A stretch of 62,784 bases of DNA, filler included, from a bacterium (GTDB lineage Bacteria; UBP15; UBA6099; JAJRTR01): NCBI GenBank assembly GCA_024278215.1. It is 3 parts of 3 records of this genome, joined end to end, with 100 filler letters (N's around TTAATTAATTAA, not from the genome) between each part and the next. Parts side by side here need not be neighbours in the genome. Positions count along the whole stretch, not along the records: positions 1 to 28,604 come from JAJRTR010000113.1; 2 more parts are not named here. One strand, written 5' to 3'. Under the pieces are notes generated by a model, which did not search any database, was not told the DNA's origin, and was given only the letters and a program-made list of their open reading frames with translations. Of the stretch, positions 1 through 9,876 are shown in pieces. Every line of letters starts with the position of its first letter. The first letter of the stretch is position 1. The position numbers and the translations under genes are program-made.

Positions 1-510
1 AAGAAAGAAGGCGATGAGGCGGATATATTATTTTCGCAAGCCTTCGACAAGTTCAAAAAAGCAGTTGAGATTAAACCGGATTTCCACGAAGCATGGAACA
101 ACTGGGGAAATGTTTTAGGGAAACTTGCGGAAAAGAAAGAAGACGATGAGGCGGATAGAATATTTTCGCAAGCCTTCGACAAGTTCAAAAAAGCAGTTGA
201 GATTAAACCGGATAAACACGAAGCATGGAACAACTGGGGAACGGTTTTAGGGAAACTTGTGGAAAAGAAAGAAGGCGATGAGGCGGATATATTATTTTCG
301 CAAGCCTTCGACAAGTTCAAAAAAGCAGTTGAGATTAAACCGGATTTCCACGAAGCATGGTACAACTGGGGAACAGATTTAGGGAAACTTGCGGAAAAGA
401 AAGAAGGCGATGAGGCGGATATATTATTTTCGCAAGCCTTCGACAAGTTCAAAAAAGCAGTTGAGATTAAACCGGATTTCCACGAAGCATGGTACAACTG
501 GGGAACGGTT
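1..510 (+). repeat. About 4 near-identical 132-bp intragenic tandem repeats
   Basis: AAGAAAGAAG(G/A)CGATGAGGCGG recurs at 1, 133, 265 and 397. Confidence 0.95.
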
Positions 511-795
511 TTACTTTCACTTCATTCTAAAATGGCAGATGACAAACGGGAGAATGTTCTGGAACAGGCACGAGAAAATCTCCTGACGGCTGAGAGTCTA
601 AAAGAGGGACAATCGGCATATAATCTGGCGTGTGTTTCTGCGCTGGAAGGGAAGAAGACAGAATGCCGGGAGTGGTTAGAAAAGAGCAATAAGAACGGCA
701 AGTTACCTTCGAGAGAGCTTATCGAGGAGGATCAGGATTTAAACAGTGTGAGGAAGGAAGAATGGTACAGGGAATTTATTAACAACTTAAGGTAA
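1..795 (+). CDS. TPR-repeat protein, 5' end outside the window
   Basis: Frame 1 is open from base 1 to TAA 793-795. 44-aa repeats (AFDKFKKAVEIKPDFHEAWxNWG) and a C-terminal AYNLACVSALEG TPR-end motif. Confidence 0.9.
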   Translation, partial: KKEGDEADILFSQAFDKFKKAVEIKPDFHEAWNNWGNVLGKLAEKKEDDEADRIFSQAFDKFKKAVEIKPDKHEAWNNWGTVLGKLVEKKEGDEADILFSQAFDKFKKAVEIKPDFHEAWYNWGTDLGKLAEKKEGDEADILFSQAFDKFKKAVEIKPDFHEAWYNWGTVLLSLHSKMADDKRENVLEQARENLLTAESLKEGQSAYNLACVSALEGKKTECREWLEKSNKNGKLPSRELIEEDQDLNSVRKEEWYREFINNLR

Positions 796-807
796 ATACT
801 CTCGTTC

Positions 808-1671
808 CTAGTAGTGAATATTGTGTATTGCCCCGGTTGGAAGCAGTTCCTTTTTTGCGAAGCGGACGGCGTTTTCGAATATGGCGATGCCGTCGCCTTT
901 GCGGCCTGCTTCGCCGCGTGTCCAGCGCGGGTGCTGCGTGGGTACGACAAATCGCTCGGGGTGCGGCATAAGGCCGAAGACGCGCCCGGTTGCGTTGCAG
1001 ATTCCCGCTATGTGGTCTTCCGAGCCGTTGGGGTTGATGGGGTAGCCGCCGGTCTCTCCCGCAGCGTCCGTGTATTGATATACTACCTGGTTGTTGTCCC
1101 AGAGCCGCCTGCGTGTTTCCTTCGAGTCGAAGATCAGTTTGCCTTCTCCGTGCGCGACAGGCAGTGTGATTATCTCCGTCATCCCCTTTGTGAACACGCA
1201 TGGCGAATCGGCGGGCATTTTCAGGTGGACCCAGCGACATTCGAACTTTCCCGAATCGTTGTCGAAGACAGTGAGACTCTGCGCGCCTGTGCCGGAAGCG
1301 CCGCCGGCGGCGTCGAATCCCGGCAGGAGCCCAGCTTTGACAAGCACCTGGAAGCCGTTGCAGATACCGATTACAAGTTTCCCTTCAGCAACAAAAGCAT
1401 CGACCTGATCGGCGATTTTGAGGCTGAGTTCGTTGGCGAGTACTTTTCCGGCGGAGATGTCGTCGCCGTAGGAGAAACCGCCTGGAACGGCGAGTATGTG
1501 GTAGTCTTTCATATTCTTTTCGCCGCGCGCTATCTGGTTTATGTGGACGAGGTCTGCCGCTGCGCCGGCGATTTCGAATGCGTGCTTTGTCTCGCGGTCG
1601 CAGTTTATTCCCGCCACCCGCAGCACGAGCGCTTTCGGTTTACCTGTTGTTGTTTTTCTTCCGATTCTCAC
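808..1671 (-). CDS. purQ: FGAM synthase glutaminase subunit PurQ
   Basis: Motifs PGGFSYGD, GICNGFQ, AHGEG, GLMPHPER. GTG start at 1671 overlaps the purL stop (GTGA). Confidence 0.95.
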   Translation of the reverse strand: MRIGRKTTTGKPKALVLRVAGINCDRETKHAFEIAGAAADLVHINQIARGEKNMKDYHILAVPGGFSYGDDISAGKVLANELSLKIADQVDAFVAEGKLVIGICNGFQVLVKAGLLPGFDAAGGASGTGAQSLTVFDNDSGKFECRWVHLKMPADSPCVFTKGMTEIITLPVAHGEGKLIFDSKETRRRLWDNNQVVYQYTDAAGETGGYPINPNGSEDHIAGICNATGRVFGLMPHPERFVVPTQHPRWTRGEAGRKGDGIAIFENAVRFAKKELLPTGAIHNIHY

Positions 1672-4109
1672 AGCGCGAGTGGTTCCTTCCATGCTTTTTT
1701 CAGTTTCCCGATCGAGGCTTTTATCGCCGGGTCCGCGTCCGGGGCTCCGATGATCAGCATATCGCCTTCCTCCACGACGCCCACCTTTTTGCAGGGCAGT
1801 CCCTTGAATCGTTCCCTGAATTTTGTTTCTTTTCCTTTTCCGACTTCGACCACGAATCGTGTGTTGGACTCGGAGAACAGCAGGTTGTCCATTCTGTCGA
1901 TCTTGTTGGCGCCGGGAATTTTTTGAGTGTCGACCATCGCGCCGAGCCCGCCGGCGAACGCCATTTCGGCGACCGCGACCGCGAGGCCGCCGTCGCTGCA
2001 ATCGTGGCAGGCGCGCACGAGGCCGCCCGTGATCGCTCCATACATCGCGCGGAATATCTTCTTCGCTTTTTTCGGGTCGACTTTCGGCACATTATTGCCG
2101 ATGAAGCCGCGGCTCTGGTAATACTGCGAGCCGCCCAGTTCGTCGAATGTCTCGCCGACGACAAATATCGCGTCGCCCGCTTCCTTGAAATCCATCGACA
2201 CGCACTTTCGCACATCGTTGACCCGCGCCGCCGCCGATATGAGCAGGGTCGGAGGTATCGCGATTGTCTTACCGTCGACGGCGAATTCGTTGTTGAAGCT
2301 GTCTTTACCGGAGATGAAAGGCGTTCCGTATTCGACAGCGATATCGTAGCAGGCACGCGACGCTCGGACGAGGTCGCCGAGTCTGTCGGGCTTGTCGGGG
2401 TTGCCCCACACGAAATTGTCGAGGATGCACGTACGAGCCGGGTTGCCGCCGACGGCGACCGCGTTGCGCATCGCTTCGTCTATCGCGCTCGCGGCCATCC
2501 AGTAGGGGTCGATGTCGCCGTAGCGTATCGCGATGCCGTTGGAGACGGCCAGTCCGCGCTTCGAGCCGAGCACCGGCGTGACGACAGCGGCGTCGCCGGG
2601 ACCGTCGTCCTGCGCACCCACGAGCGGTTTCAGCACACTGCCCGCCTGCACCTCGTGATCGTACTGGCGCACCACCCATTCTTTGCTCGCCACATTGAAA
2701 GTGCCGAGCACCTTGATCAGCCGGTTCGTCAGGTTCTTCGGGCAGGCGAAAGTGGGTTCGGGATGATCGGGCGCGTCCCACACAGCCGGGCGCGGGTAGC
2801 GCGGCACACCGCCGTGGAGGAAGCTCATGTCGATGTCGGCGATTATCTTCCTGTTGTATTTTACAACGAATCTTTTCGAGCCGGTGAATCTGCCGATGAC
2901 AGTCGCCTCGACGTCTTCGCGCTCGCAGAGTTTCATGAATGTTTTGAGGTTTCGGGGCGGGACGGAGAGCACCATGCGCTCCTGCGCCTCGGAAAGCAGA
3001 ATCTCCCATGGCAGCAGGCCGCCGTATTTTAGAGGCGCTTTTTCGAGATTAACCTCCGTGCCGATGCGTTCGCCCATCTCGCCCACAGCCGACGAGAACC
3101 CGCCCGCGCCACAGTCGGTGATGCAATCGTAGAGTTTCAACTCGCGCGCCTGGAGGATCACGTCGAGCGCTTTTTTCTCGACAATCGCGTTGCCTATCTG
3201 CACCGCGCCGCTCGAGGTGACTTCCGACTTGTCGTCGAGTTCGACAGAAGAAAAAGTCGCGCCGTGTATGCCGTCGCGTCCGGTGCGACCGCCCACCGCG
3301 ACGATGTGGTCGCCCTTGCGCGGGCGCTTCACCACGCGGTCCACCGGCAGCAGGCCGCCGGTGCCGCAATATACGATGGGGTTGCCAAGGTAGCGGTCGT
3401 CGAAGTGGAGCGAACCGTTGATGGTGGGGATACCCATGCGGTTGCCGTAGTCGCGAACGCCGGCGACGACACCTTTCAATATTCGTTTTGGATGCAGGAT
3501 GCCGCGCGGCAGGTCTTCATGGGGGAAGTCGGGGCGCGCGAAACAGAACACGTTATTATTGAAGACGGGCGTCGCGCCCAGGCCGGTGCCGAGCGGGTCG
3601 CGGATGACGCCGCCTATGCCCGTGTTCGCGCCGCCGTAGGGGTCGAGAGCCGACGGGTGGTTGTGGGTTTCGACCTTGAAGACGAAGTGGAAATCGTCGT
3701 CGAACTCGACAACCCCGGCATTGTCGCTGAAGACGGAAACGCACCAGTCGTTCCTGCCGAGTTTCCTGCGTATTTCTTTCGTCGCGCCCACTATCGTCTG
3801 TTTAAAAAGGTTGTCGATCAACTCGCTCTCGCCGTTTTCCGTGTAGTGGATGATGCCGTTGAACACCTTGTGCTTGCAGTGTTCGGACCACGTCTGCGCG
3901 AGAGTTTCGAGTTCGACGTCCGTCGGGTTGCGTTTCTTATTTTTAAAGTAGCGGGCGATCTTCTTCATTTCGAGGAGATTAAGCGACAGAGTGCGCTCTT
4001 TGCTGATGGACATGAGTTCCGCGTCGGTCGCGCCTGTTACATCCACGACTTCAACGCCCGCAACGCCTTTATCCGCCGCAGTTTTTTTCAGCGTAAATTT
4101 ACGTGCCAT
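1668..4109 (-). CDS. purL: FGAM synthase subunit PurL
   Basis: Motifs WSEHCKH, KVETHNHPS, DCGAGG, LSEAQERM, ISGKDS. Confidence 0.97.
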   Translation of the reverse strand: MARKFTLKKTAADKGVAGVEVVDVTGATDAELMSISKERTLSLNLLEMKKIARYFKNKKRNPTDVELETLAQTWSEHCKHKVFNGIIHYTENGESELIDNLFKQTIVGATKEIRRKLGRNDWCVSVFSDNAGVVEFDDDFHFVFKVETHNHPSALDPYGGANTGIGGVIRDPLGTGLGATPVFNNNVFCFARPDFPHEDLPRGILHPKRILKGVVAGVRDYGNRMGIPTINGSLHFDDRYLGNPIVYCGTGGLLPVDRVVKRPRKGDHIVAVGGRTGRDGIHGATFSSVELDDKSEVTSSGAVQIGNAIVEKKALDVILQARELKLYDCITDCGAGGFSSAVGEMGERIGTEVNLEKAPLKYGGLLPWEILLSEAQERMVLSVPPRNLKTFMKLCEREDVEATVIGRFTGSKRFVVKYNRKIIADIDMSFLHGGVPRYPRPAVWDAPDHPEPTFACPKNLTNRLIKVLGTFNVASKEWVVRQYDHEVQAGSVLKPLVGAQDDGPGDAAVVTPVLGSKRGLAVSNGIAIRYGDIDPYWMAASAIDEAMRNAVAVGGNPARTCILDNFVWGNPDKPDRLGDLVRASRACYDIAVEYGTPFISGKDSFNNEFAVDGKTIAIPPTLLISAAARVNDVRKCVSMDFKEAGDAIFVVGETFDELGGSQYYQSRGFIGNNVPKVDPKKAKKIFRAMYGAITGGLVRACHDCSDGGLAVAVAEMAFAGGLGAMVDTQKIPGANKIDRMDNLLFSESNTRFVVEVGKGKETKFRERFKGLPCKKVGVVEEGDMLIIGAPDADPAIKASIGKLKKAWKEPLAL

Positions 4110-4127
4110 AAAGAGACATCCCCTGAA

Positions 4128-4592
4128 TCAGTTTTTCTCAATCGTATATGATTGTATGATATTGTTGGCCAGCAGTTTCCTGCTTATCAGGTCGACATCG
4201 GCCTTCGACAGTCGGCCGCGCAGGACGACTTTTGTGGCGGTTCCGGCAGCGGTAGCACCCGCGATGCCAAGGTCGGCAATGCCCTTCATCGTGGATTCCG
4301 AGACCGGATCGGTAACACCGTGATTATAGCGCACCTCGATAATCCAGGCACCTTTCGTCAGCGGCCCGGAGATGGTGCCGACGACGAATTCCTGCGACAC
4401 GGGGTCGCAGAGGAGTTCCGCGCCGATGCGTTGCGCCTGCTTTTTGCCGATCCTGCCCTCGATCTCGGTCACCCTGATAAAACGCGCTCCGACCGCGCCC
4501 GTGATGTTAAGGTCCTCGATGTCCTTTAGAAGCCCATCGCCTGCGGCATCCACCAGATTTTCCTTTATATATACTTCGATTCGTGTGGTCAT
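4128..4592 (-). CDS. purS: PurS, tandem-duplicated form (154 aa)
   Basis: Two PurS-like halves ending LLCDPVSQEF and LLANNIIQSY; first gene of the pur operon. Confidence 0.85.
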   Translation of the reverse strand: MTTRIEVYIKENLVDAAGDGLLKDIEDLNITGAVGARFIRVTEIEGRIGKKQAQRIGAELLCDPVSQEFVVGTISGPLTKGAWIIEVRYNHGVTDPVSESTMKGIADLGIAGATAAGTATKVVLRGRLSKADVDLISRKLLANNIIQSYTIEKN

Positions 4593-4628
4593 AAGCGTAA
4601 TTCTCCGCGGAATCCGACATCCGGAGCT

Positions 4629-4658
4629 ATCTTATCCTATCGGCTTTGGAAGTGTCAA
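4629..4658 (-). promoter_or_regulatory. Sigma70-like promoter of purSLQ
   Basis: TTGACA-N18-TAAGAT on the minus strand, about 37 bp before the purS ATG. Confidence 0.55.
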
Positions 4659-4770
4659 ATTTATGGGGTAGGTGATGCTGTCCGAACGACACAATCCGTG
4701 TGCGGTTCGATGTAAATATGCACAAAAACCAACCTTTCGCACATATACTGTTGCTATTATCTTAATATTT

Positions 4771-4948
4771 GAGCCAATTGCAAAATTCTGATTCTGCTGC
4801 GGTCGGCTGCTAGTGTCCATAGCTGCGTTGTCGGCATAAAATCGTCCTCGACGTACTCTACAAGTACGCCTGCGGGGATTTTACACCTCCGCCTTGCTCT
4901 GAACAATTTCGCTCGACCTCGCTACGAACATAATTTTGCAATCGGCTC
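4771..4948 (+). mobile_element. Family A miniature palindromic element (178 bp)
   Basis: Terminal IR GAGCCAATTGCAAAATT...AATTTTGCAATCGGCTC; near-identical copies elsewhere in the window. Confidence 0.9.
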
Positions 4949-5077
4949 GTTTTTTGTTATATTTAGTGTAATGAGTAAGCAATATAGAGGATATTATTCC
5001 AAGATAAGAAAACAGTCGCATAAGTATGAATCAGTCGAATGTTTCATGAATTCCGTGCGAAACGGGGAGATTTTCAA

Positions 5078-8000
5078 ATGAAAAGAGTTGTATCGTTAAT
5101 GCCGCTGTGTGCAGCGATAATGATCTTGAGCCTCTGGACTGTTAGCGCAATCGCGGAGGAAGCCGTCGCGCGGGAGTCGAATGCTACCGATACGGTGAAT
5201 TCACAGATGCTGGAAGACGAGCTCGACTCCGTGCTCGACTCGACAAAGGCGAGCGGCACACTCGATAAAAGCGAGAGCAATGTCGATGTCTCCGCGGGCA
5301 ACGGCGAATCGATGACCATACTTGACGACGACCTTGAATATGAAATTATTTTTGAAGAGATAGAAGTGGATGATCAAGATGACGACGGCTTTGTTTTCGA
5401 CGTAACGGGATTCAGGAAATTCAAATGGAAAGACTACAGCAGCAGCGGAAACAGCACGCAGTTCGAGTCCAACAACGGGCTGCGGTATTTCGACACGAAA
5501 ATCGAGCAGTCCAGCCAGATTTCACTTTTCGGACAACACAAGAAAGGTATTTTCATTCGCGGTGATTTTTCCGAACTGCCGTACCAGGAACGTGTGCTGT
5601 CGCTCGAGCTCGAGACCCGGAAAGGGAAAGCACGGATGGGCGACTTCTCGACAAAGTTCCCCGGCGAGAAACTGACGCAGTTCTCGAAAAACGTCGAGGG
5701 TTTCGATTTCTCCTACGATTTCGGCGACTTGAGCTTCGAGACAATTATGTCGAAACAGAAAAGCGCGACCAAAAGAGAAACATTCAAAGGCCAGAACCTG
5801 CGCGGCCCGTATAAACTGAAGACAACGGGCATCGTCGAGGGCAGCGAAAAGATCAGGCTCGACGGCGGCGAACTAAATAAGACGCAATACAGGATTGATT
5901 ACTTCCGTGGCGAGATTACTTTCATGTTCATCGTGGACCCGACACAGGAAATAGAAGTTACTTACGAAACGGAGCTGTTATGGAGCGCCCGCACCGGATC
6001 GGTGAAAGGGTTCGGCCTCGAGTATCAGCCGGGCAAGAAGAATTATATCATCGGCGCTTCGTACCAGAACGAAGGCACAAACGCGCTTTCCAGGAGCGTG
6101 CTCGAGGGTGATACGATTACATTCGCGAGTGTCACGACCGGTCTTCCATACAGTCTCGGCAGAACTCTGATCAACAAGAACAATATAGTCGTTACCAATA
6201 ACACGAACGGACTTGAATACCTGATGGTGGACAGTTCGGGGGAGAACTACACAATAGATTACGCCGCGGGAAACATCACATTCCTGAATACAGTCTTCTC
6301 GGGAGCGAACGCAACGGTGGACTTCTTCTACTACAATCCGGAATTAGTGGAAGCGATGGTTGACGAGAAGCTTATCGGACAGGCGGTATTCGATCTTTCC
6401 AGACGCACGATTTTCGCCGGAACCGAACATGTACGACTATACGAAAATGACCTGTTCAAGCAGGACCTCACTGTGGATGACGACTACACAATCAACGAAA
6501 CACAGAACACGATAACTCTGGATTCGAACATAGCGGGATTACTCACCGCGGATAACAGCAATTACTATGTCCTCATCGACTACCAGTATGTGCAGGAGAC
6601 CGGCGCTGAATTGTCGGAAGCGGAGCGGAATGTATACGACGCTTACCTGAAGTTCAGACCTTTCAAGAACCTCTATCTCGAGACGGAAGTGGCGCAGTCG
6701 GAGGCAGACCTCTACCCCAAAACGATCAGTGTAACCGAAGAATATATCGCGACAGTCGCGGACGCCTCGAAGACTGAGTACTTCCTGGCGAACAGCAGCG
6801 TTGTCGACGGGACCATCGAGGTTTATTACGACGACATCCTCACTCACGGCAACAAACTCAATAATGGGTCGGACTATACTCTCGTCCATAACGGCGCGAC
6901 ACAGACCGACTCCATTGTCTTCATCACCACACCCACACTGGGCAGAACTCTCGTGGCCAACTACCAGTACAGGCCTTCTTTTTCGGGCGACAGAGTGCAG
7001 ACGGGCAACGCTTTCAGACAGAAGATAGTCTTCACCCTCGACAAGTTCAATTTGAACGGCGAGGTTATTACAAAGGACCCGGAATTCTCGCCGATGAATG
7101 TATACAACGATATGCGCGACCAGGAAATAACCGGCGCCATGTCTTATCAATTCAACAAACAAATATCAATTTTCTCCAATTACGACACATACACCGACAA
7201 ATATGATTTCAACTCGGACAAAAATGACGAATATAAGGAAATATCCGGCGGACTCACCTACAGGGGCGACACTATCAGGGAATTGACATATAAACGGACA
7301 CAGGCCGACGAGCAGGACAGCCTGCCGGTCGGACAACATAAAAAAGACAACACCAAGGATATAGACAAACTCACTCTGAACGTGAACCTTATCAAGAATG
7401 ACAAATTGATACTGAATACGACATTCGAGGATTCGGAGTTCAATGACGAAACAGGCGATCTGAGCGACAGGAGCATCGAACGGCGTCACTATGGAATAGA
7501 AGCCAACCCGAGCCAGAAACTCAACCTGAAAACATATTTTGAAACTACATCCGTAGCTTCTGACGCCCCGGCATCTTTCGGAGCGCTTGCGGATTTCAAC
7601 ATTACCACATACTCGAAGAACTTGCTGATAAACTACTATCCGAACGAGATATGGGCTCTTTCGGGCGACATGATGCTGCAGGCACGCACGGACTCCAGAC
7701 CCGATTTTAAAAATGATTTCCAGGACACAGCTAAATTCACTCTCGCGTCAAACCCGTTCGGCAGATTCACACACGTAAACGCCACCCTCTACAGACGCGA
7801 CATCCCCGACGAAATAACCGGCGGCACACGCAGTGACCAGATGAGCTTCGATTTCGGATGGAAACTCGCCCCACGCTGGTCCGCCGTGCCTTCGTTCAAC
7901 AAGACTGTCAATAAAACTGGCAACACCAGCAGGAACGACACCGACACCAAAGGCATCAATTTCATTTTCAACGCGGACAATATCGGCAGATGGGCCGGAA

Positions 8001-8413
8001 ACTTCAGACTCCAGGACAACACGAGAAAAAACAGTACGGAAACTACAAGTTCCACTTCCAGCGACAACCAGTACCTCCTTAACGTGGACTACCACATGAG
8101 CGAGAATGTTGAAATGTTCTGGAAATTCGATTTCAAGGACTCGTCCAGCGGCGCTCAAAACACTCTGCTCAGTTATAATATCAACTATCTCTTCAGCGAA
8201 AAACTGCTTGCAGGACTGAACATAAACAGCAACAAAGCGAAATCCGGCTCCTCCACCACCAGGCGCGACTACTATATTCTCAACGTCGATTACACAATAA
8301 ACGATACGTTCTCTCTCTCCGCCGAGTTCGAGCGTCAGAATTATACCGGTGCCGACCCCGCTACCGATTACAATGGTTTTATCTCCACGCTGGAGTTCAC
8401 TGCTAAATTCTGA
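5078..8413 (+). CDS. Large exported/outer-membrane protein of unknown function
   Basis: Signal peptide, repeated Y-x-I-D-Y-x-x-G-x-I-T-F modules, amphipathic beta-rich C-terminal half ending in Phe. GGAG RBS before ATG 5078. Confidence 0.8.
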   Translation: MKRVVSLMPLCAAIMILSLWTVSAIAEEAVARESNATDTVNSQMLEDELDSVLDSTKASGTLDKSESNVDVSAGNGESMTILDDDLEYEIIFEEIEVDDQDDDGFVFDVTGFRKFKWKDYSSSGNSTQFESNNGLRYFDTKIEQSSQISLFGQHKKGIFIRGDFSELPYQERVLSLELETRKGKARMGDFSTKFPGEKLTQFSKNVEGFDFSYDFGDLSFETIMSKQKSATKRETFKGQNLRGPYKLKTTGIVEGSEKIRLDGGELNKTQYRIDYFRGEITFMFIVDPTQEIEVTYETELLWSARTGSVKGFGLEYQPGKKNYIIGASYQNEGTNALSRSVLEGDTITFASVTTGLPYSLGRTLINKNNIVVTNNTNGLEYLMVDSSGENYTIDYAAGNITFLNTVFSGANATVDFFYYNPELVEAMVDEKLIGQAVFDLSRRTIFAGTEHVRLYENDLFKQDLTVDDDYTINETQNTITLDSNIAGLLTADNSNYYVLIDYQYVQETGAELSEAERNVYDAYLKFRPFKNLYLETEVAQSEADLYPKTISVTEEYIATVADASKTEYFLANSSVVDGTIEVYYDDILTHGNKLNNGSDYTLVHNGATQTDSIVFITTPTLGRTLVANYQYRPSFSGDRVQTGNAFRQKIVFTLDKFNLNGEVITKDPEFSPMNVYNDMRDQEITGAMSYQFNKQISIFSNYDTYTDKYDFNSDKNDEYKEISGGLTYRGDTIRELTYKRTQADEQDSLPVGQHKKDNTKDIDKLTLNVNLIKNDKLILNTTFEDSEFNDETGDLSDRSIERRHYGIEANPSQKLNLKTYFETTSVASDAPASFGALADFNITTYSKNLLINYYPNEIWALSGDMMLQARTDSRPDFKNDFQDTAKFTLASNPFGRFTHVNATLYRRDIPDEITGGTRSDQMSFDFGWKLAPRWSAVPSFNKTVNKTGNTSRNDTDTKGINFIFNADNIGRWAGNFRLQDNTRKNSTETTSSTSSDNQYLLNVDYHMSENVEMFWKFDFKDSSSGAQNTLLSYNINYLFSEKLLAGLNINSNKAKSGSSTTRRDYYILNVDYTINDTFSLSAEFERQNYTGADPATDYNGFISTLEFTAKF

Positions 8414-8473
8414 AAAGCTACAGGAGCTCTTCATCTGCATATTTCGCCAAAACGGGTTGAAAAGGAGTTTCGT

Positions 8474-9595
8474 ATGGGAAGTACTGTTTATTTTTCGGAC
8501 GCACGCACACGGTACGGCTGCAACATGCGCGACAAGCTGCGCAGGCTTTTCGACAGGTGCGGCGCTGCATCCGTCATATCGAAAAACGACACGGTTGCCA
8601 TAAAGATTCACTGGGGCGAAAAGGGGAACCTGACCTACTCGCCGCCACCTCTGATCCGCACGCTTGTCGATTGCGTCAGGGAGGCCGGAGGAAGACCGTT
8701 CATCACCGACACCAACACGCTCTACCGGGGCTCGCGCAGCAACGCCATAGACAACATTATCACCGCTTATGAAAACGGGTTCGGGTACGGCACGGTCGGC
8801 GCGCCGGTCATTGTCGCAGACGGTCTGCGGGGCGACGATTTCGTGCGTGTGAAGATCGACGGAAAGTACTTCAAATCGGTAAAAATAGCTTCTGGCATTC
8901 ATTATGCTAATGTTCTTATCGCTTTCTCCCATTTCAAAGGCCACGAGGCGACGGGCTTCGGCGCAACGATAAAAAATATCAGTATGGGATGTGCCGCTCC
9001 CAGCGGCAAGCAGAACATGCACTCGGATGTCAAACCGAAGGTGAAAAAGAAAAAATGTGTCGGCTGCGGCACCTGTGTCGAAAAGTGCCCTGTGGGCGCG
9101 ATAGAGATACGGACTGACAACAAGGCGCGGATCGACTCCGATAAATGTATCGGCTGCGCCGAATGCACCATTGTGTGCCCCAGCGAAGCGATAGGCGTAA
9201 ACTGGAAGTCGGACCTGAATGTTTTCCAGGAAAAAATGGCGGAATACGCTATGGGAGCGGTCGCGCCGAAAAAGGGCAAGTGCGCTTTCTTCAACCTGAT
9301 AACAAACATTACTCCCGATTGCGACTGCTGCAACTGGAGCGACGTTCCTGTCGCACCGGATGTCGGCGTCGCGGCCTCCCTCGACCCTGTCGCGCTCGAC
9401 CAGGCGTCGGTGGACCTTGTGAACAGGGCGCCGGGCGTGGCTGGTTCGCGACTCGGCGACGACATAGACTGCCCGGATAAATTCCGCGCACTTTACGATG
9501 TAGACTGGGAACGCCAGTTGGACGGCGGCGAGAAAATAGGGCTCGGCAACCGCGATTATGCGCTGATAAATGTCGATGCGGATAAAGAAATATAG
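8474..9595 (+). CDS. DUF362 family Fe-S protein with 2x[4Fe-4S] domain
   Basis: IKIHWGE, SHFKGH, CVGCGTCVEKCP, CIGCAECTIVCP, DPVALD. Confidence 0.9.
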   Translation: MGSTVYFSDARTRYGCNMRDKLRRLFDRCGAASVISKNDTVAIKIHWGEKGNLTYSPPPLIRTLVDCVREAGGRPFITDTNTLYRGSRSNAIDNIITAYENGFGYGTVGAPVIVADGLRGDDFVRVKIDGKYFKSVKIASGIHYANVLIAFSHFKGHEATGFGATIKNISMGCAAPSGKQNMHSDVKPKVKKKKCVGCGTCVEKCPVGAIEIRTDNKARIDSDKCIGCAECTIVCPSEAIGVNWKSDLNVFQEKMAEYAMGAVAPKKGKCAFFNLITNITPDCDCCNWSDVPVAPDVGVAASLDPVALDQASVDLVNRAPGVAGSRLGDDIDCPDKFRALYDVDWERQLDGGEKIGLGNRDYALINVDADKEI

Positions 9596-9876
9596 CCGGT
9601 TTTGTGTGTAAGGTTGTTTTTATCGCATACCGACGATGTGGCACTCCCTCTCCACATTTTTCGCGCAAGGCATGGACTACAGCCACGAGATAAACCAATA
9701 TATTATGTGATGGTGATGCTCTTGCCGGCTGACGTGCGGCATGTAATGTGTATATTGCCGATTTCGATGGCGTTGTGCCGGTAACGCATGTTTCACCGAT
9801 GCGGGTTTTAAATCTTATTGTGCGCAAAACCGGCAAGAGTATAATTACGAAATAGACAGCAGGGAGTACTATCATA

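Noticed and set aside
1..510. DGR template/variable repeat pair
   Set aside because: The repeats are tandem and coding, and no reverse transcriptase or separate template is in the window.
4632..4820. Recurring small ORFs (e.g. QQNQNFAIGS, GVLVEYVEDDF, LTRQSRNQ)
   Set aside because: Incidental translations of family A and C repeats in varying frames.
814..9022. Long antisense ORFs (814-1926, 1578-3032, 7748-9022 and similar)
   Set aside because: Shadow frames of real genes with no recognisable motifs.
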